Below are positions 27,142 to 38,140 of a stretch of DNA of 64,000 nt, one piece after another. How positions within the stretch are numbered: position 1 is the first letter of the stretch; each line of letters starts with the position of its first letter. Made by a program: the position numbers and the translations under genes. This stretch comes from Lentisphaerota bacterium (GTDB lineage Bacteria > Verrucomicrobiota > Lentisphaeria > Victivallales > GWF2-38-69): positions 26,192 to 90,191 of the forward strand of contig JBAXXY010000001.1 in the NCBI GenBank assembly GCA_037127655.1, given 5' to 3'. The notes below the pieces were generated by a model. That model was not told the origin of the DNA. It saw only the letters and a program-made list of their open reading frames with translations, and ran no database searches.

Positions 27142-27813
27142 TTATTCTCCATCGACCATGGTGGCGGCCGTTATAAAAACTGCAGCAAGAACGCTGAAAA
27201 TATAGGCTTGAACTGATCCAATCAGCAAGCCAAGTAATGTCATGAATATCGGGAAGAAAAACGGCGTAATAGTTATCAGAATCGCCAGAATCATTACACC
27301 GCTCATCATGTTGCCAAATAGACGCACTGCCAGAGCAAGCGAGCGCGTAAATTCGCTTATGATGTGAAATGGAAGCATTATTATTGTCGGTTTCAGATAA
27401 GACTTTAGATAAGATGGCAAACCTTGTTTTGCTATTCCGAAAATGGGCACTGACACAAATACGCATATTGCCAGCGCCGCCGTAGTTGACAATGAGCCTG
27501 TCGGAGGTTCATAAAACGGAATTATAGTACACAAATTTGAAGCGAAAATATAAAGAAAAAGCGTGCCTATAAATCCTATATAAACCTCAGATTTCTTTAA
27601 CCCTATTCCTTCAATCTGTTTCTTGATATTTGTAACTATTACTTCAAGCAAACTTTGCCACCGTGAAACACGGATAGTTCCGGATAGTTTTCGAGTGATG
27701 AGTTTTGCTCCAATAGCCAAAACAGCCATAAGAATCCAAGTATAGAGAATCGTGGCATTAATCTTTATAAAATCATATTGCCAGAAAATAATTTCATCAG
27801 GGCTTATGTGCAT
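27142..27813 (-). CDS. atpB: N-type ATPase a subunit
   Basis: Polytopic, with the essential Arg in LALAVRLFGNMMSG. The start was re-set to the ATG at 27813 (MHISPDEIIFWQ), preceded by GAGG. Confidence 0.85.
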   Translation of the reverse strand: MHISPDEIIFWQYDFIKINATILYTWILMAVLAIGAKLITRKLSGTIRVSRWQSLLEVIVTNIKKQIEGIGLKKSEVYIGFIGTLFLYIFASNLCTIIPFYEPPTGSLSTTAALAICVFVSVPIFGIAKQGLPSYLKSYLKPTIIMLPFHIISEFTRSLALAVRLFGNMMSGVMILAILITITPFFFPIFMTLLGLLIGSVQAYIFSVLAAVFITAATMVDGE

Positions 27814-28117
27814 TGTCCGCCTCGTTGCTATTATTATTGCTCTTTTCAGACTCTGGTTTTGTAAACCGTGTAACAATAAACTTGGCTGCAATAAACCCTG
27901 TCAAACACCCCAAAATCCTTTTCCAGCTTCCCTGTGATACATAATAAAACCCAACCAGAACAACGCATATTCTGATTATCAGGCTCGATAACATCAATAA
28001 AGCCGGGTGTTTGGAGGTTATGCTTGTCTTTATTGTCCACCATAAACCGCCAAAAAAGAACAGCCCCAGAATAAGACCGCAGATGGCTGACAAAATTATA
28101 AACGCTACTTCATTCAT
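27797..28117 (-). CDS. atpR: N-ATPase accessory membrane protein AtpR
   Basis: Small three-TM protein in the position between atpQ and atpB that defines N-ATPase operons. A charged Arg sits within a TM (LIIRICVVL). Confidence 0.6.
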   Translation of the reverse strand: MNEVAFIILSAICGLILGLFFFGGLWWTIKTSITSKHPALLMLSSLIIRICVVLVGFYYVSQGSWKRILGCLTGFIAAKFIVTRFTKPESEKSNNNSNEADNAHKP

Positions 28118-28118
28118 C

Positions 28119-28448
28119 TTACTTCTTGTTTCCCTTCTTAATTTCTTTTTCTTCTCTGGATATCCAATGCCATGCCCAGACGCATCCTATGACCAAACCA
28201 GCCACCAGTAAAGCCAGAGTCCATGAATGCTTTATGGGATAATTCTTGTCTAGCCACATCCCCAGAAGCGCACCTGCTACTGTAGGCGCGGCTACTGACC
28301 AACCAACCAAACCGAACAAAGCCAACCCCGACCATGCGTTTTTTCCTGGATTATTCTTTGTTCGAAGTTTTAAATCCTCTTTTCTTCCAACTTCCTCGCT
28401 CAGTAAAGTTTTTTGATTTTGGTTTTCTTCTTTTTTATCACTTTTCAT
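28119..28448 (-). CDS. atpQ: N-ATPase accessory membrane protein AtpQ (AtpI/AtpZ-like)
   Basis: Small protein with two Gly/Trp-rich TMs (WSGLALFGLVGWSVAAP, TLALLVAGLVIGCVWAW) directly after atpC. The start is probably the ATG at 28448. Confidence 0.6.
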   Translation of the reverse strand: MKSDKKEENQNQKTLLSEEVGRKEDLKLRTKNNPGKNAWSGLALFGLVGWSVAAPTVAGALLGMWLDKNYPIKHSWTLALLVAGLVIGCVWAWHWISREEKEIKKGNKK

Positions 28449-28845
28449 GGCGAAACTCCATAAATTTTCTGGCAAAGGCGCTCTCGAGTTTTGCCAATGA
28501 CACCCGAGTGCTCTTTTCAGATTCAGTCAGGTTTTTAAACTCTTTTTCAATCGTCTCTCTAAGTTTGCCGAGGTCCACTCCGCCGATGGCATTACGAACT
28601 GAAATAAAAACTTCCGCTCCTGCTTTGACGATCACTCCTTCATCCACAGCTACGAATATCTCTTCGCCATTTTTTGTTTCGTATGTCAACAACCCAGGAA
28701 CGAGTTTGCTTGCGCAATCCAACCTATGCGGAAGAATCCCCATGCAACCATCGGCAGTTTCAACAACTATGCGCTTAACTTCTTTCACATCGGCAAAGAT
28801 TCTGTATGGCAAAATTATTTTTAGATTTATGAATTCTGTTTCCAT
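28438..28845 (-). CDS. atpC: N-type ATPase epsilon subunit
   Basis: LKIILPYRIF...VETADGCMGILPHRLD...GVIVKAGAEVFISV follows the epsilon beta-sandwich pattern. The ATG at 28845 lies 1 nt after the atpD stop. Confidence 0.8.
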   Translation of the reverse strand: METEFINLKIILPYRIFADVKEVKRIVVETADGCMGILPHRLDCASKLVPGLLTYETKNGEEIFVAVDEGVIVKAGAEVFISVRNAIGGVDLGKLRETIEKEFKNLTESEKSTRVSLAKLESAFARKFMEFRHEK

Positions 28846-28846
28846 A

Positions 28847-30265
<1,419 letters not shown>

Positions 30266-30277
30266 CTACATTTATGA

Positions 30278-30307
30278 ATTATAGTGATATTCAGCTTTAT
30301 CTTACAA
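30278..30307 (-). promoter_or_regulatory. Candidate promoter of the N-ATPase operon
   Basis: On the - strand: TTGTAA (30302-30307), 18-nt spacer, TATAAT (30278-30283), about 45 nt upstream of the atpD TTG. Confidence 0.35.
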
Positions 30308-30372
30308 GACCCAAGAGCGTTTTTAAAAGTTGATTAGTCGCGCGAGGGTGCTTGTTTCTGATTTAGTCGGTT

Positions 30373-31212
30373 TTATTTTTCTGCCAATTTCTTTTCGGTA
30401 TGGGCAATATAGTTCTTTTCAGAAACGACTGATTTGCCAAGTTCTTTTTCCAATTCCTTTCTGGCGATACCAGCTATTCTTCCACCACGAGAAGCGTCAT
30501 TCTTCAATTTGGGTACACCAACAGAATTCTCTGTGCGATGGATTTCAGTTGTTGATCTTTCTCCAAGCATGGTAAAAATCAACTCAAAGTCATCCATGTG
30601 ATCCCGCAGGTTTTCTCGTTTTAAACCTTTGAGGTTTTTGTACTGGGAAGGAGTTATTCCGAAAGTAGCTTGGGAAATTTCAGCAGTGAGTATTTCATAA
30701 TCTTTCTGTTCCTGAGCGCCTCTCTTGAGCCATTCATCCGTTAACTCTTCACGAATAGCGATTCCGCGCATTCTTTTTTCTATCCAGTCGTCAGAATAAC
30801 CCTTGAGTTTATACAGTATTCTCGTTCTCTTCGTTGCCAATTCAGGATTTTCTATCTCCTGCACTCGTTCATATCCTACTTTTGCAAGCCAGCGCTTGAA
30901 AGGTTCTGCTTTTGGAGATGGAATAGATTGGATGAGGCGGAATATGCCTTCTGTATTCCAACAAAACATTTTTTGTTTACCGCCGGATGTTTCTATTTCA
31001 AGCATAAGGGGTGGTACAAATTGTACCTCTCCTTGCTGTGTCAGTTTTGCAAGCTCAAGATCTCTTAGCTTCATTCGTTTAAAGTATTGAGCTGGATCAG
31101 CAGACTGTGTTAAAGCCCCAATGACATCGTTAATCACAAACCACCATTCATCCTGATGGAGAGTTTTTCTGATTTTGTTCCCTTTAAATAAGGCTATTTT
31201 AGTTGCTTCCAT
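30373..31212 (-). CDS. Bro-N domain-containing protein (phage antirepressor-like family)
   Basis: N-terminal FKGNKIRKTLHQDEWWFVINDVIGAL (Bro-N), then the highly conserved IQSIPSPKAEPFKRWLAKVGYERVQEIENPELA and YKNLKGLKRENLRDHM blocks, which I recognise from this widespread family. Confidence 0.8.
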   Translation of the reverse strand: MEATKIALFKGNKIRKTLHQDEWWFVINDVIGALTQSADPAQYFKRMKLRDLELAKLTQQGEVQFVPPLMLEIETSGGKQKMFCWNTEGIFRLIQSIPSPKAEPFKRWLAKVGYERVQEIENPELATKRTRILYKLKGYSDDWIEKRMRGIAIREELTDEWLKRGAQEQKDYEILTAEISQATFGITPSQYKNLKGLKRENLRDHMDDFELIFTMLGERSTTEIHRTENSVGVPKLKNDASRGGRIAGIARKELEKELGKSVVSEKNYIAHTEKKLAEK

Positions 31213-31304
31213 GTAATCATCCCTTAGATATTATCAATGAAAATTCCCATAGTTGCTGAGTATAGCGGAAAAATAAGTCATTTGTAGGGAAGGCTGAAAT
31301 AAAG

Positions 31305-34300
31305 CTAATTTAGAAGATACTCGATGTCCTTGTCGGAAAGGCGGCTGAATGAGGATGAACTTTCTACGATGCCGTTGAAGAGGTTTTGTTTGCGTTTCTG
31401 GAGTTCCAGAATCTTTTCTTCAATGGAATCTTTAACCACGAGTTTGATTGTCGTGATGGGGTTTTTCTGGCCTATCCTGTGAGTTCTGTCTGTTGCCTGA
31501 GCTTCGACTGAAGGATTCCACCATGGATCGTAGATTATAACCGTATCGGCTCCTGTCAGATTTAGACCAACTCCACCTGCTTTTAAACTCAACAAGAACA
31601 GATCAATATGCTTATTTTTATTGAAGTGATTAACTCTCTCCATTCTGTCTTTTGTATTTCCGTCCAAGTACTCAAAAGGAATTTTCTGCTCTTTACACCA
31701 GTTCTTTATAATGCTTAGAAGTGAAGTGAACTGACTGAAGACAAGCGTCCGGTGTTCGCTATCTATAATCTCCCAGATAAGTTCGTGAAGAAGTTCAGTT
31801 TTGGCTGATTCGATATTTCCCTGATTAGTGAAGTCAGGCAAGAGTTTTGGGTGGCAGCAAAGTTGTCTAAGCCTAAGGAGTGAGCTTAAGACATTGAAGC
31901 GAGTTGACTTGCCTTGCAGGAATGAGTCGCATTCGAGCCTGCCCTTGTAGAGAATGTCATTATAAACTTTTCTCTGTCCTTCGCTCATTTCGCAGTAGAG
32001 GATTTGTTCCGTTTTTTCCGGAAGCTGTTCGACATCTATCTTTTTTCTCCTAAGGATAAACGGCTGGATTCTGGCAGAAAGTTCATTCTGCTTTTCTCTG
32101 TCATTTTCTATCTTGAAATAGTGATGCCTGAAGGCTTCTTTTGAGCCAAGAGTTCCGCTATTTAAGAAGTCAAAGATAGACCAGATGTCTTCAGGGCTGT
32201 TCTCAAGAGGCGTTCCGGTCAGTACCAGTTTATGCCTGGCATTTATTTGTTTGCAGACTCTGGCATTGAGCGTGTCTGAATTTTTGATGTGCTGAGCCTC
32301 ATCAAGCACAAGAAGTTCAAATTCAATATCTTTGTACAGTTCAATGTCTCTTTTTATAACAGCGTAAGAGGTAATGACTATCGTGTACTTGGAAAGTACA
32401 CTAATCAACTGTTCTCTGTCACCGCCGCCGACCAGGAGCATTTTTAATGATGGTGTAAACTTCTTCGCTTCGGCTTCCCAATTATGAACAAGGCTTGTCG
32501 GACAGACAATAAGTATCGGAGTGGATGCCGGATTTTCATGTATCATTGATTGAATCAGAGCAAGGGTCTGTATCGTTTTTCCTAATCCCATTTCATCTGC
32601 CAGGATGGTATTGCAGCTATTCGAAATCATCTTTCTCATCCACTTTACTGCTTCAAGCTGATAATCTCTGAGAGTTCCATTGAAGTTAGCCAGGTTCAAT
32701 ACATCTTTTTTTTCAGCTGGAGCAGATAAAATCGAGACTGAAAGGTTATGCCATTCCTCTGGTACAGCATTTTCGATTTCCTTTGCCAAATCGACCCAGT
32801 ATATGACGCTATTGATGGCTATGCTTAGTTCATTGCCGTTAATTAAAGCAATTTCATCTGCTTTATCTAAAAAGTCGCCGAGTTTCTGACTTAGCTTAAA
32901 GATTCTGCCGTCTTTGATGATAAACGATCTATTTTCTCTGGCTAGCCGGACAAGCTCTTTCCATTTAAAAAGATAAGAAGAAGAAAACAGTCTGAATTTC
33001 CCTTTAACCGCATCTCTTTCCTGAGTAACCGAACTTATTGAGATTTCAATCTCATTCAAATCTGAACTTATGAGTTTGGATGCTGAAGGTGTCAAAAGAA
33101 TATGCCCGCCTTTTAAGGAAAGCAGCGTAATTATGTTGTGTTCAACGAAAAGCCCGATTCCCTCACTATCGGATAAGCAAAAACATGTCTTGCCATGCTC
33201 ATTTATAGACCTTGTCAGACCGTAAGAGAGAAGTTTATCTATTGCGTTTTGTTCGAACTCCTTATCTCTCTTTACATAGGAATTTCCGACGGCTTCTATT
33301 TTGGTATCTGATTCATCGAAAGTAAATTCGCCATACTTAAAAGCCAAAGAGACTGCCAAACCATTTTTTGAACCGGGAAAATAATCCAGATTGTATTGGA
33401 CCTGGCATTTGTGCTCCAATACCAGAGCCGTTGTTTCTTTTGAGTCTGGAGATATGTCGATATGATTTTTGATAGATTCCAAACTATGCTTTTCAGATAA
33501 GATAAAAGCTCTGAGCCAAACTAAATCGCACATGGCATCAATCCACCAATATTCACCTTTTTCGCCCACCCACAAGCCTGATTTTCCAATGACAGTCAGA
33601 GGGTTTGAAAGAGGAAGAGTCCTATTGCCGATAAATAGCGCGGCTTTATAAAACCCAGAAGAGTCTCCGCAAGGGATAGCTGTAATTCTTGCTTTTTCAT
33701 TGTGAATAATGATTTTCTGGTCATTATATGATAAATTTTTAAAGCCGATAAGGCAGTGGAAAAACTCAGCCGCCAAGTCTGATTTAAATGAGAATCCGTT
33801 ACCGTCAGGCTCTGCATATTGAGTGATAAACCTTATGACCTGTCTGGACTGAGAGTCGAAATCCTGAACTGTAAGGTCATGTGATACGCCGTCATACTCA
33901 AATCGTATCTGTCTGAGCTTATTGGAGTTGCCGACATATTCTTTGCCTTTGAATAATATCTTGGCATTGATGAGCCATTTTTCCCATACACTTGAGGCAT
34001 TTGGGAAGCCAGTTCTGGAGTATAAAAATATTTCAGCCACCGAATTTACAGCGCCCTTCTTAGAAGCAGATTTGGTATCTTTAATCTGGTCTTTTTGGTT
34101 TGTGACTGCTGTGAGCCGTTTTGGCTTTGGTTTGTCTGTTTTTAACTCGGATAGCTTATGATATTTCAGATAATGGATAAAACACGCAAGCTCTTCGGTA
34201 GATACATCCCCAGTTTGTTTGGAAAGTTTGGACTTAATTATTCTTATGTCAAATGAGTTAAGAAGGCTGGTTTTGGCTGATTTAAATACATAGACTGCAT

Positions 34301-34415
34301 CATCCTCTGAAGATATGCAAAATAAAATGGGGTTTCCTTCAAGGGCTAATTCAGCTTGCTTGATGGCATCTCTGGTAATTGCAGAGCTCAAATTAGTTAA
34401 CGAAATTGAATCCAT
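31305..34415 (-). CDS. SNF2-family helicase with a ~590-aa N-terminal accessory region
   Basis: LRDYQLEAVKWM, motif I LADEMGLGKT, motif II LVLDEAQHIKN, LTGTPLENS, helicase-C LLSLKAGGVGLNLTGADTVIIYDPWWNP and QATDRTHRIGQ. Confidence 0.9.
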   Translation of the reverse strand: MDSISLTNLSSAITRDAIKQAELALEGNPILFCISSEDDAVYVFKSAKTSLLNSFDIRIIKSKLSKQTGDVSTEELACFIHYLKYHKLSELKTDKPKPKRLTAVTNQKDQIKDTKSASKKGAVNSVAEIFLYSRTGFPNASSVWEKWLINAKILFKGKEYVGNSNKLRQIRFEYDGVSHDLTVQDFDSQSRQVIRFITQYAEPDGNGFSFKSDLAAEFFHCLIGFKNLSYNDQKIIIHNEKARITAIPCGDSSGFYKAALFIGNRTLPLSNPLTVIGKSGLWVGEKGEYWWIDAMCDLVWLRAFILSEKHSLESIKNHIDISPDSKETTALVLEHKCQVQYNLDYFPGSKNGLAVSLAFKYGEFTFDESDTKIEAVGNSYVKRDKEFEQNAIDKLLSYGLTRSINEHGKTCFCLSDSEGIGLFVEHNIITLLSLKGGHILLTPSASKLISSDLNEIEISISSVTQERDAVKGKFRLFSSSYLFKWKELVRLARENRSFIIKDGRIFKLSQKLGDFLDKADEIALINGNELSIAINSVIYWVDLAKEIENAVPEEWHNLSVSILSAPAEKKDVLNLANFNGTLRDYQLEAVKWMRKMISNSCNTILADEMGLGKTIQTLALIQSMIHENPASTPILIVCPTSLVHNWEAEAKKFTPSLKMLLVGGGDREQLISVLSKYTIVITSYAVIKRDIELYKDIEFELLVLDEAQHIKNSDTLNARVCKQINARHKLVLTGTPLENSPEDIWSIFDFLNSGTLGSKEAFRHHYFKIENDREKQNELSARIQPFILRRKKIDVEQLPEKTEQILYCEMSEGQRKVYNDILYKGRLECDSFLQGKSTRFNVLSSLLRLRQLCCHPKLLPDFTNQGNIESAKTELLHELIWEIIDSEHRTLVFSQFTSLLSIIKNWCKEQKIPFEYLDGNTKDRMERVNHFNKNKHIDLFLLSLKAGGVGLNLTGADTVIIYDPWWNPSVEAQATDRTHRIGQKNPITTIKLVVKDSIEEKILELQKRKQNLFNGIVESSSSFSRLSDKDIEYLLN

Positions 34416-34526
34416 ATCCAGTGTGTCAGGCTATTTTTTAGTTAAGGAACATAAAGGATAGACTATTAAGAAAACTAATTCAATTGGCATGATGGAAAAT
34501 ACCGCCCATATCCATAAGATATCTAT

Positions 34527-34889
34527 ATGAATCAAATGAACACCATATTGTATAAGGTTAATGCTATGTTTGGGAAAATAATTGCTTTGCTTTTAACTCT
34601 CTCAGCTCTCACCATCGTTTCAGGATGCAATAATAGCCAACAAAAGGGGACGACAGATGTTATTTACTATTCCGAGAGCGGCGATGAGCTTGAAGTTATC
34701 TATCATATTGAAGAGTCCAGTGTCACAGTTATTCAGCCAAATGGTAAACAGATCACGCTTCCTCAGGCAATGGCAGCCTCAGGCATCCGTTATACTAAAG
34801 ATGAAAAGACTGTCTTCTGGTCAAAAGGTGTTACAGCTCAATTCTATGTCGATGATAAACTCGTCTTCCAAGGCGCTGAAAAAGAATAA
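34527..34889 (+). CDS. mliC: MliC-type membrane-bound lysozyme inhibitor lipoprotein
   Basis: Lipobox LTIVSGC. AASGIRYTKDEKTVFWSKGVTAQFYV aligns with E. coli MliC SASGARYTDG..VFWSKGDEATVY. The true start may be the internal ATG at 34566. Confidence 0.8.
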   Translation: MNQMNTILYKVNAMFGKIIALLLTLSALTIVSGCNNSQQKGTTDVIYYSESGDELEVIYHIEESSVTVIQPNGKQITLPQAMAASGIRYTKDEKTVFWSKGVTAQFYVDDKLVFQGAEKE

Positions 34890-34911
34890 ATACACTTAAC
34901 CACTAAGGGCA

Positions 34912-34947
34912 CAAAGGAAACACAGAGAAAAACTTTGTGTTCCTTTG
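34912..34947 (+). terminator. Hairpin downstream of mliC
   Basis: caaaggaaacaca pairs with tgtgttcctttg (12 bp with one bulge). No clear T-run follows, so this is weak as an intrinsic terminator. Confidence 0.3.
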
Positions 34948-34960
34948 CGGTTAAACAATT

Positions 34961-36265
34961 ATGAATATAAATGAGTTAAATGGCAAATATATCCATTTCA
35001 TCGGATGTGGCGGCATCGGGATGCTAGGTTTAGCGCTGATGGTTCACGAAAAAGGAGCCATTATTACAGGCTCTGATATTGATGGGGGAAGAAATACATC
35101 AGTTCTGGAATCGCTAGGAATTAAGGTATTCATCGGCGAACATACCGCATCAAATCTTCCTCTCGATGTCAAGAACTGCATAGTCGTTTATTCCTCTGCG
35201 GTCAGATCAGACAATCCGGAACTTTCCAAAGCAAGAAGCGATTTGATTCCATGTTTCAAACGAGGCGTATTCCTAGGAATGTTATCAGAATCCTTTGCAA
35301 CAGTCATATCCGTTGCAGGTTCTCACGGCAAAACAACTGTCACTTCCATGATAAGCCATGTCCTTATCAAAGCAGGTCTGAATCCTGGATTCTACATAGG
35401 AGGTTTTCCTCATGGATGGGATAAAAATGCATCATGCGGAAATGGACAAATACTCATCACTGAAGCAGATGAAAGTGACCTTTCTATCAATGATTTGCAT
35501 CCAACTATAGGCATTGTGCTGAATCTCGATAATGATCATGCCTGGAATGTAGGAGGTTTGGATAAACTCTTAGGCGGATTTAGAAAATACGCATCCGATT
35601 CGAGGTTCTTTCTAAATGGTTCAGACCACTTTTCGCCGGGTTTTCTAGATAGCTTAAAAACAAATGGCGTAAACTTTCTTCCAAGGGAAATCATTAAAGA
35701 TTTAAATCCCAATCTCACTCAGTCGCAGAGAGATAATATTCTGACAGTCGTAACAGCAGCCAAATTCTGCGGCGTCGAACCTGATTTTACTCTTTTGGCA
35801 CTAAAGGATTTCCCGGGTGTTGAGAGACGAATGAGCAAAATCTATGATTCTGAAAATCTTACAGTTATTGAAGACTACGCCCACCATCCTGCAGAAATAA
35901 ATGCTGTTCTTGCCATAGCAAGAAAGGATTATCCTGATTACAAACTTGTTACTGTCTTTCAACCCCACAGAGAAAAGCGCCTCCAATACTGTTTCGACGG
36001 GTTTGCAAGCGAACTTAAAAAGGCTGACTTCGTTTTTGTCCTTCCTGTCTATGGCGCATGGGAAAATATCGGAAAAAGACTCGATATAGAATTAACAGAT
36101 GCAATCGGTAAAGATAAAAGCTCAAATATAAGTTCAAAATGGTCTGAATCAGCTGAAATAATAGCATCCTCAACAGGATCAGATAAAACTCTGATTATGC
36201 TTCTTGGAGCTGGAGATATAAATAGCATCATCAAGCCTCTTCTGGAGCAGTTAAGAAATGTTTAG
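34961..36265 (+). CDS. murC: UDP-N-acetylmuramate--L-alanine ligase
   Basis: IHFIGCGGIGMLGLA, VVYSSAVRSDNPEL, GSHGKTTVTSM, ITEADESDLS and EDYAHHPAEI...VFQPHR align block-by-block with E. coli MurC rather than Mpl. Confidence 0.8.
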   Translation: MNINELNGKYIHFIGCGGIGMLGLALMVHEKGAIITGSDIDGGRNTSVLESLGIKVFIGEHTASNLPLDVKNCIVVYSSAVRSDNPELSKARSDLIPCFKRGVFLGMLSESFATVISVAGSHGKTTVTSMISHVLIKAGLNPGFYIGGFPHGWDKNASCGNGQILITEADESDLSINDLHPTIGIVLNLDNDHAWNVGGLDKLLGGFRKYASDSRFFLNGSDHFSPGFLDSLKTNGVNFLPREIIKDLNPNLTQSQRDNILTVVTAAKFCGVEPDFTLLALKDFPGVERRMSKIYDSENLTVIEDYAHHPAEINAVLAIARKDYPDYKLVTVFQPHREKRLQYCFDGFASELKKADFVFVLPVYGAWENIGKRLDIELTDAIGKDKSSNISSKWSESAEIIASSTGSDKTLIMLLGAGDINSIIKPLLEQLRNV

Positions 36266-37112
36266 ACTCCACTTTGCAGTTTTAATGTTCGGCATTACAG
36301 GGCTCTTTGGCAAGTTCGTTACACTTTCATCAACAATGATTACTTTCGGACGCTGTTTTTTCGCCGTTATTTTTCTCTTTTTCTGCATGAAAGCGATGAA
36401 GGAAAGCTTCCTTTTTGATAATAAAAAAGACTTTCTGACAGTTCTATTTACCGGCGTAATCATCGGGTTGGTCTGGTTTTTCTTCTTCCAGTCAATAAAA
36501 GTTTCAACTGTCTCTGTAGGATTGATAACTTACGCGACAGTGGCAATTTTCACGACTTTTATAGAACCATTATATTTTCATAAGAAAATAAGGAAGACCG
36601 ATATAATCCTTGCCGTCGTGGCTTTCCTTGGAGTATGCCTCGTGGTTCCTGACTTTGACTTATCCGACAACATTACTCAGGGAGTAGCGCTGGGATTGGG
36701 AGCTGCATTCTTTTCTGCGATTTTCTGCGTGATAACCAAAAGTCTTATAGCCCGATACTCAAGCGTGAAGCTGACTTTCTATCAATATGGCACTGTCGCA
36801 ATACTGGGACTTCCCTTCTTTGCATATCAGCAACCTGATATTGACGCAAAAAACCTCATCTTGATAATCATCCTAGGGATAGTTTTCACAGGTTTTGCCA
36901 ACACGCTTTTCATAAGCTCATTCAAAAAAGTTTCAGCTACAAAAGCAATGATTATACTCACTCTTGAACCTATCTATGGCGTAATACTTGCAATCTTTCT
37001 TCTTGGCGAAAAACCGACACTCAAAACCCTTATAGGTGGAGTCATCATAATGCTATGCGCATTTTATGCCACAATCGAACCCCAGCTCATTGCCAAACTA
37101 AACCAGAAATAA
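36258..37112 (+). CDS. EamA/DMT-family transporter
   Basis: About ten hydrophobic helices in two halves at typical DMT length. 8-nt overlap with the murC stop. Confidence 0.7.
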   Translation: MFRLHFAVLMFGITGLFGKFVTLSSTMITFGRCFFAVIFLFFCMKAMKESFLFDNKKDFLTVLFTGVIIGLVWFFFFQSIKVSTVSVGLITYATVAIFTTFIEPLYFHKKIRKTDIILAVVAFLGVCLVVPDFDLSDNITQGVALGLGAAFFSAIFCVITKSLIARYSSVKLTFYQYGTVAILGLPFFAYQQPDIDAKNLILIIILGIVFTGFANTLFISSFKKVSATKAMIILTLEPIYGVILAIFLLGEKPTLKTLIGGVIIMLCAFYATIEPQLIAKLNQK

Positions 37113-37157
37113 TACAATATTAGTTTGACCTCAATATTAAGTATTTAGAGAAACCAA

Positions 37158-38069
37158 ATGAAAGACATTTTGAAATTTTGTGAATTCACGAGTGATATGG
37201 AATTTTCAGGGATGCTGGGCGAACTCTTCGGAGCATTGCCCTATCCAAGCTGTATAAATGATGATTATGAAACAAAGACCACGGCGTACAGAGCCTACTA
37301 CGAGACAGATGAAGAAGGCCAGGAATTATACAGTACATTAACTGAAAATATCTCTGAATGGCGAAACCTCGGTATCGAATGCAGCGACCCTGAATTCGCT
37401 TCAATAAAGAATGAAGACTGGACCGAAGTCTGGAAGAAACACTTCAAAATACAGCACATCACAGATAATGTAGTTATCAAGGCCAGTTGGCTTGACTACC
37501 AAAGAGTAGGCGACGAGAAAATCATTGAGATTGACCCTGGAATGAGCTTCGGAACAGGAAGCCATGAAACGACTCAGTTCTGCCTTAAGACAATCGAAAA
37601 ACTGTCCAATTTAGGATACATGAGTTTTCTTGATGCCGGATGCGGTTCTGGAATATTGACCATCGCGGCGGCGATGTTTGGGTTTACACCCGTTTATGCT
37701 TTTGACTATGACTCGGAGTCTGTCGAATCAACAAAGGACAATCTTAAGAGAAACAAGATAAAGCAAAAAATATCTCTTCAGGAAGCAGATATAGCTGCTT
37801 ATGAGCCTGGCATAAAGTTTGATGTGGTCATGGCTAACATTATCTCGGGAATACTTCTTGCCAACAAAGAAAGGCTTATGTCGTGGGTTAATCCCGGCGG
37901 ATGCCTTGTTCTTGCCGGAATTCTTAAAGCCGAATACGATAATATCAGAGAAGCTTTTTCCTCAGAAGGCTTTATTGAAATATATTCAAACACTGAAAAA
38001 GAGTGGACAGGCGGAGTATTTCACAGAGGTGCTGATGAATTATTAACAGCTTCACTTAATAATTCATAG
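37158..38069 (+). CDS. prmA: Ribosomal protein L11 methyltransferase
   Basis: EDWTEVWKKHF, IEIDPGMSFGTGSHETT, SAM motif LDAGCGSGILTIAA and VMANI. Confidence 0.85.
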   Translation: MKDILKFCEFTSDMEFSGMLGELFGALPYPSCINDDYETKTTAYRAYYETDEEGQELYSTLTENISEWRNLGIECSDPEFASIKNEDWTEVWKKHFKIQHITDNVVIKASWLDYQRVGDEKIIEIDPGMSFGTGSHETTQFCLKTIEKLSNLGYMSFLDAGCGSGILTIAAAMFGFTPVYAFDYDSESVESTKDNLKRNKIKQKISLQEADIAAYEPGIKFDVVMANIISGILLANKERLMSWVNPGGCLVLAGILKAEYDNIREAFSSEGFIEIYSNTEKEWTGGVFHRGADELLTASLNNS

Positions 38070-38140
38070 AAAATATTCATTAGGAGTCAGTCTTTAAATT
38101 TATATAAAGTTTATTGCTTAGCATTTAGAGGGGGGGACAA

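Noticed and set aside
30373-31212. Identification of the Bro-N protein as E. coli-type DinD
   Set aside because: Its sequence blocks match the generic Bro-N/antirepressor-like family I recall, not E. coli DinD. No LexA-box-like palindrome is seen upstream.
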